This document shows positions 1 to 6,611 of a stretch of 64,000 nucleotides of DNA, one piece after another (position 1 is the first letter of the stretch; each line of letters starts with the position of its first letter). The DNA is from an uncultured Candidatus Saccharibacteria bacterium (GTDB taxonomy: Bacteria > Patescibacteriota > Minisyncoccia > Phycocordibacterales > XYD1-FULL-46-19), in NCBI GenBank assembly GCA_964539475.1, contig CAZIIR010000001.1, positions 2,869 to 66,868 of the forward strand, written 5' to 3'. A model generated the notes under the pieces. The model made no database searches. It was not told the DNA's origin and was given only the letters and a program-made list of their open reading frames with translations. The translations under genes were made by a program, and so were the position numbers.

Positions 1-163
1 TCAATGATCAAGAGATTGTGTTACAACATATCGACACAATCACTATAATCAAAGACCTTATTGACAGGCTTGAGAACTACAATGCAATTGAGTTTATCAG
101 TGAGGAGGATAAGCAAAAACTCATCGGTCTTCTTATTAACAGATAATAAAAATATTCACTATC

Positions 164-355
164 ATGAAAAATACAGACCTAGTTAATATTGCACTTGAAC
201 TGCTTGAAGAAGACTGTGACACATGCGAAGGCGTTTGTCATGCTTGTGGAAATACTCAGTATGGTGTTGAGCCTGATGCTGAAAATTATGAATGCGAATC
301 TTGTGGAGAGAATCGCGTATATGGAGCACAGCAAACCTTACTTATGTTAGCATGA
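164..355 (+). CDS. Small zinc-ribbon protein
   Basis: CHAC...CESC motif pair; preceded by the ACTATC-ATG start context. Confidence 0.7.
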   Translation: MKNTDLVNIALELLEEDCDTCEGVCHACGNTQYGVEPDAENYECESCGENRVYGAQQTLLMLA

Positions 356-666
356 ACGAACAAACACTCGAAGCACTTAATAAAAGTATTAGACATTGGC
401 AAGCATACGCTGATGGCAAATGGGAAGAAGAAGGGGTTCCAGGCGTGCATAATTGTGCTCTTTGTCAATTGTTTCATCCTGAATACAATCACTCTGGTGT
501 TCTGTGCAACGGTTGTCCTGTTAGATTAAAAACAAGACTTGGAGTTTGTTGTGACACACCATGGAAAAAAGTTTGCCTTGCAATCAATGGCCATGGTATC
601 GACTCACCTCAATTCATTGAAGCGGCAAAAGAAGAACTTGAATTTCTCAAATCATTACTTCCTTAA
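352..666 (+). CDS. Cys-rich hypothetical protein, paralog of 2443-2751
   Basis: Likely ATG at 352 (ATGA overlap); TLEAL.SIRHW...CALC...CNGCPV...C motif shared with the 2443 ORF. Confidence 0.7.
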   Translation: MNEQTLEALNKSIRHWQAYADGKWEEEGVPGVHNCALCQLFHPEYNHSGVLCNGCPVRLKTRLGVCCDTPWKKVCLAINGHGIDSPQFIEAAKEELEFLKSLLP

Positions 667-671
667 CTATC

Positions 672-1046
672 ATGACAATCAAACGACTACAATGGTTAAT
701 TAAAGACAAGTATAATAAATTTGTTAGGTGGTATAATAAACCATCTAAAAGACTAATGGAGATTGGCTACGAAATCAATTCATACTACACTCAAAAACAT
801 ACTGTGGATGGTGTGTGTAATTACGCTAAAGCTCAAGAAGATGTAAGGAATTGTTGTATTACAAATCTTGAACTTAAACTTGGAAAACTTGTTGTTCACA
901 CAAGAAGGCCAGGATTATTTATAGGAAGAAAGGGAGAAAACATCGAAGGTCTTTCCAAATTTCTTAATATTCCAATTCATATTGAAGAGGTTAAGTTTTC
1001 ATGGGAAGATATTATTACGCCACTTGATTGGAGTGACGATTATTAA
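672..1046 (+). CDS. KH-domain (type II) RNA-binding protein resembling the N-terminal domain of ribosomal protein uS3
   Basis: VVHTRRPGLFIGRKGENIEGL closely matches the uS3 signature IHTARPG.vIGkKGe.iE.L, with a GxxG loop; the uS3 C-terminal domain is absent. Confidence 0.75.
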   Translation: MTIKRLQWLIKDKYNKFVRWYNKPSKRLMEIGYEINSYYTQKHTVDGVCNYAKAQEDVRNCCITNLELKLGKLVVHTRRPGLFIGRKGENIEGLSKFLNIPIHIEEVKFSWEDIITPLDWSDDY

Positions 1047-1075
1047 TTGACAATACTACTCCTGTGTAGTATAAT
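1047..1075 (+). promoter_or_regulatory. Consensus sigma70-type promoter
   Basis: TTGACA (1047-1052), 17 nt spacer, TATAAT (1070-1075). Confidence 0.85.
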
Positions 1076-1169
1076 AAGACCTTGCTCTAAGTAACTGTGA
1101 TTACTAAATGAGCAATTCACAAAAAACCTTAACTGGAGGATAACAATATGCGTTAGTAATATAAATATT

Positions 1170-1207
1170 AGCCTGTGCTATGTTGGGAGACGTAGCACAG
1201 GCTTCTT
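1170..1207 (+). terminator. Strong hairpin (terminator or processing stem)
   Basis: AGCCTGTGCTATGTT-GGGA-GACGTAGCACAGGCT: 15 bp including G-U, GNRA loop, followed by only a weak U-tract (TCTT). Confidence 0.6.
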
Positions 1208-1324
1208 ATCATTCAGTTCAATACATAGCATCGAGGAGGCGTTTTCTCTGTTAGAATTTATAAGGATTAGAGGATTACATACCCTTAACGTCAGTGACCT
1301 GGACTATGTATTGAACTGAGTGAT
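1208..1324 (+). ncRNA. Putative structured ncRNA closed by a 21-bp stem; homologue of 3548-3661
   Basis: 1208-1228 pairs with 1304-1324; compensatory changes relative to the second copy. Confidence 0.65.
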
Positions 1325-1370
1325 GTGGCGGCGAGTCAATCCGACAATCTTAATTAAAGTATTAACTATC

Positions 1371-1589
1371 ATGAACACAAACTGGATTAGAAAAGAAGAG
1401 TTAAGTAAAGCGCCAGATAAAAATGGTTGGATTAAATGGACAGGTGGTTTCAATCCTGCTCCTAATAAGCTCGTTGATATTAAGTATTGTGATGGCTTTA
1501 TTCAGAGTAATGTGTCATCAAATGATCTTAGGTGGAATTGGATTCTTAATGGACAAGGTGGAGATATTGTTGAATACAAAGAGCTTTAA
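1371..1589 (+). CDS. Hypothetical phage protein
   Basis: ACTATC-ATG start at 1371; WIKWTGG...DIVEYK. Confidence 0.6.
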   Translation: MNTNWIRKEELSKAPDKNGWIKWTGGFNPAPNKLVDIKYCDGFIQSNVSSNDLRWNWILNGQGGDIVEYKEL

Positions 1590-1593
1590 TATC

Positions 1594-1833
1594 ATGAACG
1601 CACACCTTGAAAAACGAATTGTAGAAGCTAAGGATTATAATGTAAGACGTTATTACATTAGATTGGCTGACGGTCTTTGCACTAAGTGTGGAAAGAAGCA
1701 AGATAACTTCACTACTAAGTGTGAGGCGTGTAGAGAAAAGCACTCTCGATATACGTTGAAGGCGTATAGATTGAAGAAGGGTGTTCCTTTAGATTTACCT
1801 AAACAACAAGGAAGAAAACTATGTGGGAATTAA
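1594..1833 (+). CDS. Small zinc-finger protein
   Basis: GLCTKCG...KCEACR; probable start 1594. Confidence 0.6.
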   Translation: MNAHLEKRIVEAKDYNVRRYYIRLADGLCTKCGKKQDNFTTKCEACREKHSRYTLKAYRLKKGVPLDLPKQQGRKLCGN

Positions 1834-1891
1834 TTCTTTTTACACTGGCAGTGTCTCCGGTAATCTTATTAATCTGTAGCATTAAATCTAT

Positions 1892-2185
1892 ATGAAAGCT
1901 AAAGACTACGCAAAAATGATTGTTGAATGTGAGAACACAGAAGAAGCAATCAGAAATACTTTGGTTGAAATAGGAATAATGTTTGATAAAGAAACTGCTT
2001 CTCTTGTTAAAAGCAGGAATGTCAAAACAAATGAAGCTTTTAAATCTGTTCTTAATGAAATGGACCTTAAGTGGAAAGCTTTTGCTAAACTGTCTAATAA
2101 TTTGATTAATCCAGACGGGTATCGAATTATTATGAGAGAACTTCATCCAACAACCGCTGAGTTTGCTTGGCCTGCTTTAAGCTAA
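1892..2185 (+). CDS. Hypothetical protein
   Basis: ORF in operon-like array. Confidence 0.55.
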   Translation: MKAKDYAKMIVECENTEEAIRNTLVEIGIMFDKETASLVKSRNVKTNEAFKSVLNEMDLKWKAFAKLSNNLINPDGYRIIMRELHPTTAEFAWPALS

Positions 2186-2442
2186 TGAAACTAACAATTT
2201 TATTACTGTTCATTTGTGCTCTTGCACTATGTCTTGTATCATCACTTAAAATACTTGCGTTGCTTACTTATGAGAATCATTACTGAATTGACTAGAGGAA
2301 TGACCATTAAACAGAAAATGGAATTTAAGACAAACGCTAAGGCGTTTGTTGATCAGTTACTATACTGCTTGAGCGGTCTTAGTATTGCCTTTGTTGTTTT
2401 TGCTGGATTGCTTTTGTTAAGAATTTATTTAAAATCACTATC

Positions 2443-2751
2443 ATGACTACACTCGAAGCATTAGACGACTCTATTAGACACTGGAAAGAGTATGCCAAAG
2501 GCAATGGTGTATTAGAAGGATTTCCATCAGGTAATAATTGTGCATTATGTAGATTGTCTTTCTTTAAGTCTCCTGCATGCAATGGATGTCCGGTTATGGA
2601 AAAGACCGGGTATGCAGTTTGCGCTGGTTCTCCATACTCATTAGCAATTGATGCGCTTAAACTAGGATATACTTCGCCTGAGTTTATGGCAGCAGCACAA
2701 CAGATGGTGGACTTTTTAGAGGATATTAAAAATAATCCTTTACAATCGTAA
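2443..2751 (+). CDS. Cys-rich hypothetical protein, paralog of 352-666
   Basis: TLEALDDSIRHW...CALC...CNGCPV...C; ACTATC-ATG start. Confidence 0.7.
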   Translation: MTTLEALDDSIRHWKEYAKGNGVLEGFPSGNNCALCRLSFFKSPACNGCPVMEKTGYAVCAGSPYSLAIDALKLGYTSPEFMAAAQQMVDFLEDIKNNPLQS

Positions 2752-2771
2752 TATTTATATTACATTAACAA

Positions 2772-2912
2772 TTGGTCAACCTTGTCAGTGGCGACCTCAA
2801 AACCACAGTAACTGACCCGGTAAGCGTAAGCTGGTTAAGACTGTCGCCGGTTAGAAGTTGTGTGCACACAACAAGACAGATGAGATAAGCGCGAATCTCT
2901 CCAAAGGATCAA
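2772..2912 (+). ncRNA. Putative structured ncRNA with pseudoknot (domain X1)
   Basis: Closing TTGGTC/GATCAA; stem GTCAGT/ACTGAC whose loop GGCGAC (2790-2795) pairs with GTCGCC (2843-2848); hairpins GTTGTG-TGCA-CACAAC and GAGAT/ATCTC. Confidence 0.5.
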
Positions 2913-2952
2913 CGCGACGGAAGACTGTTAAAGCCGTATAAGTAACAGCAAG

Positions 2953-2987
2953 AGACTGAGCAACCTGCTTGATAAATGTGGTGGCTC
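2953..2987 (+). repeat. Repeated hairpin motif, copy 1
   Basis: AGACTGAGCAACCTG is exact at 2953-2967 and 3515-3529, each followed by GTGG(T/G)GGCTC that pairs back with GAGC. Confidence 0.85.
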
Positions 2988-2990
2988 AAC

Positions 2991-3162
2991 TTATGTTCTC
3001 TCCGAGAATCTTGCACCGGATCAGGTTCGCTACCTACCGTGTCAACGTGCAGGCTAAGGCGGACGAGATAGGCCAATGTGATGCGCAGCACAGAAACCGA
3101 TTCAACTTAACGCAGGCATCAGGCAGTGAAAGCTAGTCAGGTGGTTCGCGGAGAGAACATAA
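2991..3162 (+). ncRNA. Putative multibranch ncRNA closed by a perfect 14-bp stem (domain Y1)
   Basis: TTATGTTCTCTCCG (2991-3004) pairs with CGGAGAGAACATAA (3149-3162); internal stems TGCAC/GTGCA and GATGC/GCATC. Confidence 0.6.
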
Positions 3163-3166
3163 TTTC

Positions 3167-3247
3167 GTAGGTCGCCTGAGCGATAAAGAAGATGTTGCAA
3201 TATACTATTACTTCAAACTGGCAGGTAATTACTGCTGGCCTACACCA
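3167..3247 (+). ncRNA. tRNA-like element with encoded CCA and non-canonical D, anticodon and T loops
   Basis: 7-bp acceptor GTAGGTC/GGCCTAC + A + CCA; 5-bp T-stem GGCAG/CTGCT with 7-nt loop GTAATTA stacked on the acceptor. Confidence 0.6.
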
Positions 3248-3250
3248 ATT

Positions 3251-3470
3251 TATGTTAGAGTAAAACTTTGAGTGAAGTAGCTATGGCGACCGTGGTAAAC
3301 ACGGAGCAAACGAACCCGCTATGTATAAAAAATATTAAGGTCCAAACTTAATACTCAAACTGTCGAGTCGTGTCCGTGGACGACATTAAACAGAAACGGC
3401 ACACTGGAGTTGTCGCAGTGTCATGGGCTGACAACTGTTTGAAAGGTTACATCTATACCTAAAAAACATA
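3251..3470 (+). ncRNA. Putative structured ncRNA with tandem H-type pseudoknots (domain X2)
   Basis: TTTGAGT/ACTCAAA, CCGTG/CACGG and TATTAAG/CTTAATA stems; pseudoknots GTCGT/ACGAC + CCGT/ACGG and ACACTG/CAGTGT + AGTTGTC/GACAACT. Confidence 0.5.
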
Positions 3471-3514
3471 TTAAAACAAAGCAGATGCAAGGCTTTTCTA
3501 AAGATTGCATCAAC

Positions 3515-3547
3515 AGACTGAGCAACCTGGTTTAATAGTGGGGGCTC
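3515..3547 (+). repeat. Repeated hairpin motif, copy 2
   Basis: See copy 1; the copies are 562 nt apart. Confidence 0.85.
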
Positions 3548-3661
3548 CTCAGTTCAGCACACAGCAAACGATTTGACGCTCGTTTGTGGACTTAAAGATA
3601 CCTATCTGGTCTCGTCAGCTAGATAGGTCTGCGCTTAGTCTGTCCCGTGTGCTGAACTGAG
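3548..3661 (+). ncRNA. Putative structured ncRNA closed by a 15-bp stem with kissing loops (domain Y2)
   Basis: CTCAGTTCAGCACAC/GTGTGCTGAACTGAG; hairpins GCAAACGA/TCGTTTGT and ACCTATCTGG/CTAGATAGGT with complementary loops TGACG/CGTCA. Confidence 0.65.
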
Positions 3662-3739
3662 CGTGTGGCAGCAAGGTGGCTGCAATCTGAAATGAAATCA
3701 GTAACAACTGACGGGCGAGTTCGATTCTCGCCACGCTCA
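3659..3739 (+). tRNA. tRNA, possibly Ser(TGA), atypical anticodon loop, no encoded CCA
   Basis: Acceptor GAGCGTG/CACGCTC; D-stem GCAGC/GCTGC; T-arm GCGAG-TTCGATT-CTCGC; anticodon arm CTGA-AATGAAA-TCAG (A33 instead of U33); long variable region. Confidence 0.7.
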
Positions 3740-3930
3740 ATAATTTTATTACAGTATGTTAAAAACTAAATGGACACCAAAGAAAGGTGAATTGCATTGG
3801 ATTGTAACAAAAGTTTTTACTTCCGATGATGGAGAGCAAGTGTTTCGTATTGAGAAATACCAAGGAGGTAGAAACTCTCCTGCGTTAATCACTATGAAAA
3901 AACTTAAAGAACAATTTGTTAAACAATAAT

Positions 3931-4146
3931 ATGAAACTAATACATACAGAAACAAAAGAAGAAGTAAGAGAAGGATCGGTAATTCCATTCGATAATAAAA
4001 AAGTTACAGTGGTTTACTGTCCATCTCCACACAAGCCATCAAGCAGTGGTAAGATGCAAGCTCGTCTTCCAAACGGAAAGATGACGCAGATTTATTTCTG
4101 CTCCGTGTTTGGGTGTGAATGGATTGAACGGGAGGATCGTGAATGA
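3931..4146 (+). CDS. Hypothetical phage protein
   Basis: ORF with PHKPSSSGK motif. Confidence 0.55.
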   Translation: MKLIHTETKEEVREGSVIPFDNKKVTVVYCPSPHKPSSSGKMQARLPNGKMTQIYFCSVFGCEWIEREDRE

Positions 4147-4296
4147 AATATATATCATTAATACTTATCACTCCATTGGGACTGCTTATTTCTATTAACT
4201 CATATATAAAAGGATGGGAAAATGGTAAAATATGGTGGACAGAGTGGCGTGATATATTTATGAACAGACCTAAAAAACCATGGAATTTTGAATAAT

Positions 4297-4599
4297 ATGA
4301 CACCAATTAAACTAATTCAACTTGTAGTAACTCTTGAGGATACACCTCTTAATAGAGAAGAGATATACAGACTTCACAATGAAGCTAGATACCTTCGTCC
4401 TGATACATATAAATGGGATTCAATTATTGTGAGGGAACAAACTATTCTTGAGTTTGGAAAACAAAATCCTAGAATTGTAAAAGCCACAAACAAAGCCAGG
4501 AAAGATGTTATTGAAAAAGCTGAGGCTTATATAGCTTTTAATAAAAATGTTAAGAAAGACATTAAGAAAAAGCCAGAAAAAAGAAAACCAAGAAAGTAG
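4297..4599 (+). CDS. Hypothetical basic protein
   Basis: ORF in early array. Confidence 0.5.
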   Translation: MTPIKLIQLVVTLEDTPLNREEIYRLHNEARYLRPDTYKWDSIIVREQTILEFGKQNPRIVKATNKARKDVIEKAEAYIAFNKNVKKDIKKKPEKRKPRK

Positions 4600-4612
4600 A
4601 AAGTGAACTATC

Positions 4613-5023
4613 ATGACTAAATTCTTACTACTCGACATCGACGGAGTTCTTAATTGTGGTGATCAAAAAGGATTACTGTCTCCGCAATGTGAGCAACTTA
4701 AGCGCATTCTTGACGAGACTGGTGCGTTGGTTATTCTTTCGTCAGAACGACGAAAAAGCTCTGAATCACTTAAGCAGATTATTAAGTTGATTCTTGAAAT
4801 GAATCATACAATGCAAAGTGTAACTCCTGTTCGTCCTAATATATTTACTAGGGCGGAAGAGATTAAACTTTGGATTACTTTAAATTGTCCTGCACGTTAC
4901 GTTATTTTGGATGATGATGTTTCTTGTATCGAAATGTTTCCATATCATACAGTTTCGACTGATCCAAATGTCGGCCTTACAGAAGAGTTAGCAAACAAAG
5001 TAATAGAAAAACTAAATGGTTAA
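4613..5023 (+). CDS. HAD-superfamily phosphatase (Swiss-army-knife RNA-repair-like HAD domain)
   Basis: LLLDIDGVLN motif I, VILSS motif II, RAEEI..W, YVILDDD motif IV, GLT C-terminus. Confidence 0.85.
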   Translation: MTKFLLLDIDGVLNCGDQKGLLSPQCEQLKRILDETGALVILSSERRKSSESLKQIIKLILEMNHTMQSVTPVRPNIFTRAEEIKLWITLNCPARYVILDDDVSCIEMFPYHTVSTDPNVGLTEELANKVIEKLNG

Positions 5024-5449
5024 AATTACTGGATACGCTAAGTTATTAATTTGGAAGAAGTATAATGGAGTTAGTTATCCATTGGTTCCTCCATCAAAAC
5101 ATAAAGCAAAAGCAGACAGAAGAACAAGAAGCAGAAGAAATAGGTGAACGATAAGAAAATTATTAAAGTCACTGTGTTTTTACAGTGTTTAGTTTCATTC
5201 CTTTTTGGAATGGTTGTTGGAATTTTAATACATAAAATATGAAAACGATTAACGCAATACCAGACATCGGAGTTATTATGCCAGAACGTCAAACAGGAAA
5301 CTTTGAGGGGTGTCACATTAAGTGGGCTATGGATAGCTTTATTAATCTTTGTGAAGCAGGATTAAATGTTCCTGTTAATAAGATCGAGCAAGTGTTTGAT
5401 CGCGCGTCGTGCAGAGTGCATCCTAATAATATCATTAAACAATTCTAAT

Positions 5450-5764
5450 ATGTTACACTTTGAATTGCTTCCAGGAGTTAATACTCCAATCGAACATATC
5501 GTTGGGGACATTAGGTATCTTGCATCTGAAAATGACCCAAGTCCGCTAAGGGAACAGTTCGATAAAGCTTATTCCTTCGGTGGAGGATGGATGCCTATGA
5601 ATGGATTTACCATGAAGGATAATTGTATTTGCTATCCTGGTGATCCTGCTCTTAAGCCACTAGCTAAGGCTGAGTTTCGTGATCAAACAGTCTATGTGTA
5701 TCCACATGCATGGGTAGCTATTGTAGAGAAGGATGGATCGTTTGAAGTTTCAATAATGGATTGA
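5450..5764 (+). CDS. Hypothetical phage protein
   Basis: ORF with YPGDP motif. Confidence 0.55.
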   Translation: MLHFELLPGVNTPIEHIVGDIRYLASENDPSPLREQFDKAYSFGGGWMPMNGFTMKDNCICYPGDPALKPLAKAEFRDQTVYVYPHAWVAIVEKDGSFEVSIMD

Positions 5765-5765
5765 T

Positions 5766-6014
5766 ATGAAATACATCGTAACAAAAGACGAAAAAGGTAA
5801 AGAGGAAATGTTTACGTTTCCTGATTCAGTCCACCATAATGTTATGGCTGATGCTGTGAGTTACCTAAAAAATCAAACCCACGATAATTGGAAAAGAATA
5901 AACAGAGATGTAGTCTCTGCTGGATTTATTGAAGGAGGTGTCTGTGTTGGTAAGAGTGAATCTCTTGGACTATCATCAAGACCAGAAGACACTGAGTTAT
6001 TTAATTATAATTAA
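5766..6014 (+). CDS. Hypothetical phage protein
   Basis: MKYIV...H..M...SAGF...C.GKSESLGL.SRPED conserved-looking pattern. Confidence 0.6.
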   Translation: MKYIVTKDEKGKEEMFTFPDSVHHNVMADAVSYLKNQTHDNWKRINRDVVSAGFIEGGVCVGKSESLGLSSRPEDTELFNYN

Positions 6015-6015
6015 T

Positions 6016-6291
6016 ATGAGCAAGCGAGCAGAAGCAGCTAATAAAATTGTTAATTATCTTACCTCTGAGTTAAATAAGTTCAACGCTCCATACGGAGTGT
6101 TGAGTTCAGAAATTCCAATAGGAAGGGGTAAGATTCGCCAGGTAACATTTGGTATCGCTAGGCATCTTGATGCTACTATTAACATCTACTCCGAAAAGAG
6201 ATTTAAGATTCAAGGACGAGGTGCGCTTGCATCTAAGTATAACGGAGACTTTGAATCTGTTGAACAAGTTATAGAACATTTATCAAAATGA
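6016..6291 (+). CDS. Hypothetical protein
   Basis: ORF in operon array. Confidence 0.5.
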   Translation: MSKRAEAANKIVNYLTSELNKFNAPYGVLSSEIPIGRGKIRQVTFGIARHLDATINIYSEKRFKIQGRGALASKYNGDFESVEQVIEHLSK

Positions 6292-6611
6292 ATGATAATA
6301 TAATTATTGGTGAATTTTGTGGATGGACATTTGCTCCAGAATTTAGTGTAAACAGAATTGTTGGTTATCCTCCTGTTGAGTGGACTAAAAATCACGATCC
6401 AGTTATAGGATTAGGTAGTGGTGCTTTATATGAGTTTCCTGATTTTGAAAACGACTATAATGCAATACATTACGCTATAAATAAACTTACTGTTGATCAA
6501 CAGTGTGATATGGTTGTAATTCTTAAGCGTGATATTTTGATGTTTAAGAAAACAACAATTAGTGCAACATGCAAAGAGTTGTGTGAAGCGTTTATTAAAC
6601 TAATACTATGA
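6288..6611 (+). CDS. Hypothetical protein
   Basis: ATGA-coupled ORF. Confidence 0.5.
   Translation: MNDNIIIGEFCGWTFAPEFSVNRIVGYPPVEWTKNHDPVIGLGSGALYEFPDFENDYNAIHYAINKLTVDQQCDMVVILKRDILMFKKTTISATCKELCEAFIKLIL

Noticed and set aside
2909-3091. 60-aa - strand ORF in the RNA cassette
   Set aside because: Non-ATG start, wrong strand for the region, overlaps strong RNA stems
2991-3162. 6S RNA, SRP RNA or RNase P RNA identity
   Set aside because: Fold is multibranched rather than a rod with a central bubble; the SRP helix-8 and RNase P GAGGAAAGUCC signatures are absent
2953-3547. CRISPR repeat, hammerhead or preQ1-type riboswitch interpretation of the AGACTGAGCAACCTG motif
   Set aside because: Only two copies, 562 nt apart; CTGAGCA does not fit CUGANGA...GAAA; no downstream regulated gene or queuosine context
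3538-3739. Canonical one-piece tmRNA starting GGGGCT with an AND... frame
   Set aside because: Too short, no matching 3' acceptor strand, and the downstream tRNA has its own 5' strand
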